Assembly: GCA_032128875.1 (NCBI GenBank)
Contig: JAVLKG010000008.1
Span: 211,212 to 275,211, forward strand
From: Candidatus Melainabacteria bacterium 17Bon1m
GTDB lineage: Bacteria; Cyanobacteriota; Vampirovibrionia; Obscuribacterales; Obscuribacteraceae
Direction: 5' to 3'
Length of the DNA stretch: 64,000 nucleotides
Within the stretch, counting starts at the first letter, position 1, and every line of letters begins with the position of its first letter. Of the stretch, positions 59,203 through 64,000 are shown one piece after another. Position numbers and translations under genes: made by a program. The notes beneath the pieces were generated by a model, which did not search any database, was not told the origin of the DNA, and was given only the letters and a program-made list of their open reading frames with translations.

Positions 59203-60009
59203 TTACGCCGGGCTGATCTCGATGCGAGCACCCGTCGATGGGTTGCCGAATTCCTGCACCGCCGAGCCGCCGCGCTTGAAGAGCTCCCAGAAGGGGCTTT
59301 CGTAGCCGGACGAGCCGGGGGCAAAGGCGATATCACCTTCCGGCACACTGAAGCTGCCGTTGGTGACTGTGGCATAACGACGCTTGTCGCCGACAATCAC
59401 CTTCACGCGGTCACCTTCTTTGAGGGAAGCGAGCATGCTGTGGCCGGCACGAATCGACGTCTTCATGTTGCCGAAGGAGTCGATGTAAGCAACGACAGCC
59501 TCAGGCATCGGCGGGACGATGGCCGGATTGGTGTGGTCGAGCGTCTTGTCCAGGAAGGACATATCGCCCTTGAGGCACTGCGCAACCGCCTTCGGAAAGT
59601 TGTCCCGCGAACGGAACTGGCTGCCCTTGGCTGAAGTCTTCGTGGACTTCAGCTCGACGATGTGCGGCAGAACGAACGACAGCGAGTAGCCGGAGTTGAC
59701 GACGAGAATCTGCGCACCGTTCTTGAGCTTGGCGTAAACCAGCCCTTCGCCCTCGTTGTCCTTACGCGCGCTGGTCACATCCTTGCGCGGAGCGCAATTG
59801 GCGAACAGAACGAGCTTGGAGGCGTGCGCGGTCGGCCGAGCAGCGAGCTGGGCGACGGCGAAGCCGGTAGCGACGGTATCGAACGAAGCGACCGATGTCT
59901 GCACGAGGCGAACCTTGCCCGGCAACTCATCGGAAAGCGCAGAGAGAATCTCGGACCAGGCGAGGTCGCCCGGCGCATAATCGCAGATCAGATGAACGCA
60001 GCCTTTCAT
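59203..60009 (-). CDS. Divergent SAM hydroxide adenosyltransferase / chlorinase-fluorinase (DUF62) family protein
   Basis: LICDY..GD N-terminus, FRSRDNF, YIDSFGNMKT, FSVPEG..AF..GSSG; GAGGAG RBS. Confidence 0.78.
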   Translation of the reverse strand: MKGCVHLICDYAPGDLAWSEILSALSDELPGKVRLVQTSVASFDTVATGFAVAQLAARPTAHASKLVLFANCAPRKDVTSARKDNEGEGLVYAKLKNGAQILVVNSGYSLSFVLPHIVELKSTKTSAKGSQFRSRDNFPKAVAQCLKGDMSFLDKTLDHTNPAIVPPMPEAVVAYIDSFGNMKTSIRAGHSMLASLKEGDRVKVIVGDKRRYATVTNGSFSVPEGDIAFAPGSSGYESPFWELFKRGGSAVQEFGNPSTGARIEISPA

Positions 60010-60709
60010 AGCCTGTCTCCTCATCTTCCTGTAAACGCACTAGCGCCTTTCAAGCAACTAGATGCGTATAGTGTTGGGATTCACGACGGCTCATGCAGTC
60101 GTGAGAAACAAATCGTTGTTCAGAGGCAAACACAGACAGCCAATCCGAGAGCGGTGTCACCTCACAGCAAGTGAAACTTACTCGCGGTGGTGTTTGGTGA
60201 CTGATGTGTCGGGTTTTGGTTGTCTGTGAGTCTAAGAGAAGGAACGAAATGTTTACTGAGGAAGCTAGACGATCAAGAGACTTGATTACTAGAGAAATAG
60301 AACTACAGAGTCAAATTGAAACGTTCTTCACGATCGCTAGCTATTTCATCCTGACATCCGCGAGTGTCAAAACTCCCCAGTGCAGAGAGTTTTTGAACAC
60401 ACCACGGCAACAATAACTTCAATCCTTGCCGTCTTAGACAGGGCTTAACTGGCGCGCCAAGAGGAATTCCGTCGGTTTGCTCATGTTGAAACTCGATCAA
60501 GATTCCAGCGCTACTATACTGTTTCATATCTCGAATAAAAAGTGAAAAACGAGTCAGCACGCCGGTTCCAAACAGGTCCGAGCAAGTCGGAACTGATTTA
60601 GGAAACAGCGTGTTGCTCTCGTTTTTCCCCAGGCGTGCCCGAATCGCGTGTCGAAACCAGTATCGAACCTCTCGACACTCGCAACGAAAAACGTATTTGT
60701 ACGCCTTCA

Positions 60710-60958
60710 CTACAACGTCTGCGCATAGGCACGAACGCGTTTGGCAACTTCGCCGTATGCGACTCCGAAGTCTCCATCTATCTCCTTTGCCATTTCGGCG
60801 ATTGCGTCGGCAAGGGCTTCGTAGCCCTTGCGATCAAACTTAAAACCTTCCGAATGCTCAGCATCAGCGACTTCACGTATCGCCGACACATAGGCCATCG
60901 AGGACAGCATGTCCAGGGAGCTGACGAGCAGCTCGCTCTGCAGCTTATTGGACAACAT
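60710..60958 (-). CDS. Small hypothetical protein
   Basis: AAGGAGG RBS. Confidence 0.65.
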   Translation of the reverse strand: MLSNKLQSELLVSSLDMLSSMAYVSAIREVADAEHSEGFKFDRKGYEALADAIAEMAKEIDGDFGVAYGEVAKRVRAYAQTL

Positions 60959-61039
60959 GTTATTAACCCTCCTTTAGGGCAAAAGAAGCAGAGGAGAAGG
61001 ATCGACGCCCCTCTCCTCTGCCCAAAACAAACACCGAGA

Positions 61040-61450
61040 TCACTGGGCAAGCGTCTTGCCGGTTCCGGTGTAGCACTCTTCCGCAGCCTTGAGCGCCTCA
61101 TCAGCGTGCTTGAGCGCCAGCTCGGCCTCGCGGATAAGGCCCGAGGCGACGTGGTCACTGGAGATACCCAGTGCACCTGCGATGCCAAAACACCGCTCCA
61201 AGAAGCGCTCGTAGTCATCGGGAGTGATGACCGGGGGGAGGTCCGTCTGCTTGCGCAGGGACTTGAGCGCGCTTCGCGTACGCTCTTGCGCGTAGCGGAC
61301 GTGCTGGGCGGCGACGAACCCGGCAACGCGAACGGCTTCAGAACTGTCACTTTGGTCTCCCGCAGTCACCCACGCGTGCATCTCCAGCGCACCGAAGAGC
61401 TTGGAGGCACGGTCTTGAACGGCGTGAAAACGATTGGTGAAAGAACTCAT
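61040..61450 (-). CDS. Hypothetical helical protein
   Basis: AGGAG RBS. Confidence 0.7.
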   Translation of the reverse strand: MSSFTNRFHAVQDRASKLFGALEMHAWVTAGDQSDSSEAVRVAGFVAAQHVRYAQERTRSALKSLRKQTDLPPVITPDDYERFLERCFGIAGALGISSDHVASGLIREAELALKHADEALKAAEECYTGTGKTLAQ

Positions 61451-61595
61451 GTGAAACTCCTGAACTGAGTGATTGAGAGATACACGAAAAAACCGCAAGA
61501 GCTAGTCGAAGAATTCGAATGACTCGAGCGATTCGATTCACCACTGCTACATACCGGAGCATAGGTCGGCAGAGTATTCCACCGCCGAAGCCGAT

Positions 61596-61805
61596 TCACG
61601 AAATGCGGTGCGCTTTGTTGCGGAGCGCATCCACATTCGGTGCCATGTAGCCGGCACCATATTTCTGGTGAAACAGCCGCAGCCGTTTGCTCATCGCACG
61701 CTGCCGCAGGGTCATCAGCCCCGCTCCCGCCAGCATCGAGACAAGCACGATGCCGAGCAGTTGAAACGAAGCAACAACCGAAATCAGGGACAACATCGAT
61801 AACAT
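61596..61805 (-). CDS. Small single-TM protein
   Basis: AAAGG RBS; TM then basic tail. Confidence 0.55.
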   Translation of the reverse strand: MLSMLSLISVVASFQLLGIVLVSMLAGAGLMTLRQRAMSKRLRLFHQKYGAGYMAPNVDALRNKAHRIS

Positions 61806-61901
61806 TGATCTGCCTTTCTTCTTAAACCACAAGAATTGACGCGATGAAAGAGACACCGCGTCCCTGCCGCGCGCGAAACACTCGCACTTGCGTCCTTGCC
61901 G

Positions 61902-62258
61902 TTACAGCCCGTCCGGGCGCTCCTTTCTTCGAGCCGCTGACAAACTGTCATCCTGTGCCAAGCCATCCAGCAGATCGCTACCGCATGGCGTCTTGTCGCC
62001 CTGAAGGTAAGTGCCGAACTCCCTGGTGGAATCTGCCCCCGCCTTCCAAAACGAATTTTGAAACTGCCCGTAGTTGATCACCGACTGATCTACTTCTGAG
62101 CGAGACTTGGCGTCATCTTCTTCTGTGTATAAGCGTGCGGGCGGCGTAGGACGCTCCCAAAGCATGCAGATCACAAAGACAAAGATGAGCAACTTGCAGA
62201 TGGCGATGATGACACGCACAACCGCGTCAGCATTATCCGACAACTCAAACTCGAACAT
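61902..62258 (-). CDS. Hypothetical single-TM protein
   Basis: One TM; co-oriented; start uncertain. Confidence 0.4.
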   Translation of the reverse strand: MFEFELSDNADAVVRVIIAICKLLIFVFVICMLWERPTPPARLYTEEDDAKSRSEVDQSVINYGQFQNSFWKAGADSTREFGTYLQGDKTPCGSDLLDGLAQDDSLSAARRKERPDGL

Positions 62259-62371
62259 TTGGAAGATTCCGATCAATGTCAAAGTTCTCTTTGCGGAGGC
62301 ACAGTGCCCACGCTGAAACAATAATCTGTCACGGCATTGGAAACGGGCGATTTCTTCGCCGCGCTGCAATT

Positions 62372-62575
62372 TCAGTCAGTGTTCTTCGGCGGAGCCTTGC
62401 GCGCTGGGCGCCAATTACGCTCCTGCTGTTGCTGCCGGGCTTTCCGGACCTGCCGACGCTCTTTGCTGCGAACGATGCGGGTGCCCACAACAGCGACAAG
62501 CGCGCTGGCGGCAAGCAAAGTTATGCAGGCGATAGCTAGAGTCGCAGAAGTGCTATAGGCAAGGAGTACGAACAT
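62372..62575 (-). CDS. Small single-TM protein with basic tail
   Basis: AGGAG RBS. Confidence 0.6.
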   Translation of the reverse strand: MFVLLAYSTSATLAIACITLLAASALVAVVGTRIVRSKERRQVRKARQQQQERNWRPARKAPPKNTD

Positions 62576-62685
62576 CGCAGTTCTCCTGAGTTTGAGGGAT
62601 AAATTCCGGCGACAACAATTGCCGTCGGAAATAAAACGGTGGCGCTGGTATTGCGACCAGCGCCACCTGGGTACGACCGGCAAAC

Positions 62686-63207
62686 TTAGCCGTGCGAGCC
62701 GAGCGCCTGCTTCACCTTGCTCATCCAGTCACCGCAAGGGCGAACAGGCTTCTCCCCCGCAGCAATGCGTGCCAGGTCATCTCCATGCTGTCGCTGACGG
62801 CAGGCTTGCATTTGCTCGCCCGACAGTTGACCGCTCCAGAGCACCTCGAGTGCCGAACCTTCGACGATCGGCACTGTGCCGCGGCTCAGCACATCATAGA
62901 GAAGACCGTTCCTCGAACAGTCGAGCGGGCGCTCTCCATTAAGTGAGAGCATGTGATTGACGGCTTCGACAGTAATGTCGTTGAGGTGCTCGATCTTGTC
63001 GTAGTAGGCAAGCCGCCCCTCCTTCGCCGCGCGGACGAGATGCTCGATGGTGCGCGCGAAAACAACGGGCTCCAGGGCGTCAGCGAGGATCAATTCGCCG
63101 ACGGACGTGCAGTACAGGCACACGCCGAGATCGTCATCCGTGACCTTGCCTTCGTTGAGTGCATCGCGCACCGCGGTCCAGGACAGGAAGAGCTTACGAT
63201 TCGCCAT
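62686..63207 (-). CDS. Hypothetical protein
   Basis: GGAGA RBS; first gene of minus-strand operon. Confidence 0.75.
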   Translation of the reverse strand: MANRKLFLSWTAVRDALNEGKVTDDDLGVCLYCTSVGELILADALEPVVFARTIEHLVRAAKEGRLAYYDKIEHLNDITVEAVNHMLSLNGERPLDCSRNGLLYDVLSRGTVPIVEGSALEVLWSGQLSGEQMQACRQRQHGDDLARIAAGEKPVRPCGDWMSKVKQALGSHG

Positions 63208-63870
63208 TGTGCTTCTCCAGTTACTTGAGGATCGAAACGAAACGCATATGGTTGTCCTGTTCTCCAAGACAACGTAACCAGATACTCGCGCCAACGCGCG
63301 TAGAACTGGGTTGATTGAGGAAGCGAAGTATCGTGCTGTGAGCCGTAAATTGTCCTAGTGAAAAAAGATGGAAGATATAAATCAGCATGCTGGAAAGCAG
63401 GAGCTATTCAAAATGGAATTTTTGTACTCACCTGTCTGCAGCAAAGGATCTCGGCTATTCATCAATAAGAACCACCCAACCAAAATCAGTTAAACCAACA
63501 CTCATAAAGTTAGCGATGCTACGCAACCAGGGACATTTGCACCGACGGCATGCAACAAGGCACAAAATACAAAAACGCCGATGACACCACCGGTGACATC
63601 AAGGCTGTTTGATTAAGCCAATCTTTTCAAATTCGAGCAGCTTTGCTAACTCAATTTATTGCCTTGATCTTTCAGCGACACTGCCCTGGAACACACAGGG
63701 AACTCCCCGACACACAGGTCTACAGCTGTCTTCCTGGGGCGCAAATTAGTTGGGCAACCATTTAGTCACACTAGACTGAACCGCATAAGAGAGAGCCTCC
63801 TGAGCCGCGCAGGTAATTTCCACAAACAAACACTCGCAATCAGAGCAGTCCTAGCAACTGCTAACTGCCG

Positions 63871-63898
63871 ACTACCTACTACCTACCACCTACTACCT
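63871..63898. repeat. Heptamer tandem repeat (ACTACCT)x4
   Basis: ACTACCT ACTACCT ACCACCT ACTACCT. Confidence 0.7.
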
Positions 63899-64000
63899 TT
63901 TGTCGTACCAACAAAATAAAAAAGTATGACCTCAGTGAACCATGCGGAGCTGGTCGGGTTCGATTGTTTTCCACGGCAGAAACGATGACAAATCCTCGGG

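Overview
Bacterial chromosomal window. The histidine-kinase style, the mitochondrial-type aconitase and the many orphan proteins suggest Ca. Obscuribacterales (Vampirovibrionia/Melainabacteria); this is inference only. Recognisable genes: acnA, mdh, an ABC exporter, three response regulator/histidine kinase pairs, two tandem TrbL/VirB6-like membrane proteins, a glucan-catabolism cluster (GH14 beta-amylase, GH57/DUF3536, malQ), an S1-domain protein, a PDZ-less S41 peptidase, a T4 Rnl1-like RNA ligase with a long C-terminal extension, an RlpA-domain protein and a divergent DUF62 SAM-dependent enzyme. I found no rRNA, tRNA, CRISPR array, integrase or transposase. The most striking unexplained structure is that two gene classes alternate. 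Class H consists of GC-rich, strongly codon-biased, co-oriented operons, mostly of orphan genes, whose spacers are filled with back-to-back hairpins (several with UUCG loops), whose upstream leaders fold into long stems, and whose proteins often end in -A/-AA. Class L consists of lower-GC ordinary genes without these traits. A two-copy GTAG-type REP doublet is also present. All assignments are by motif reading; no database searches or folding computations were run.
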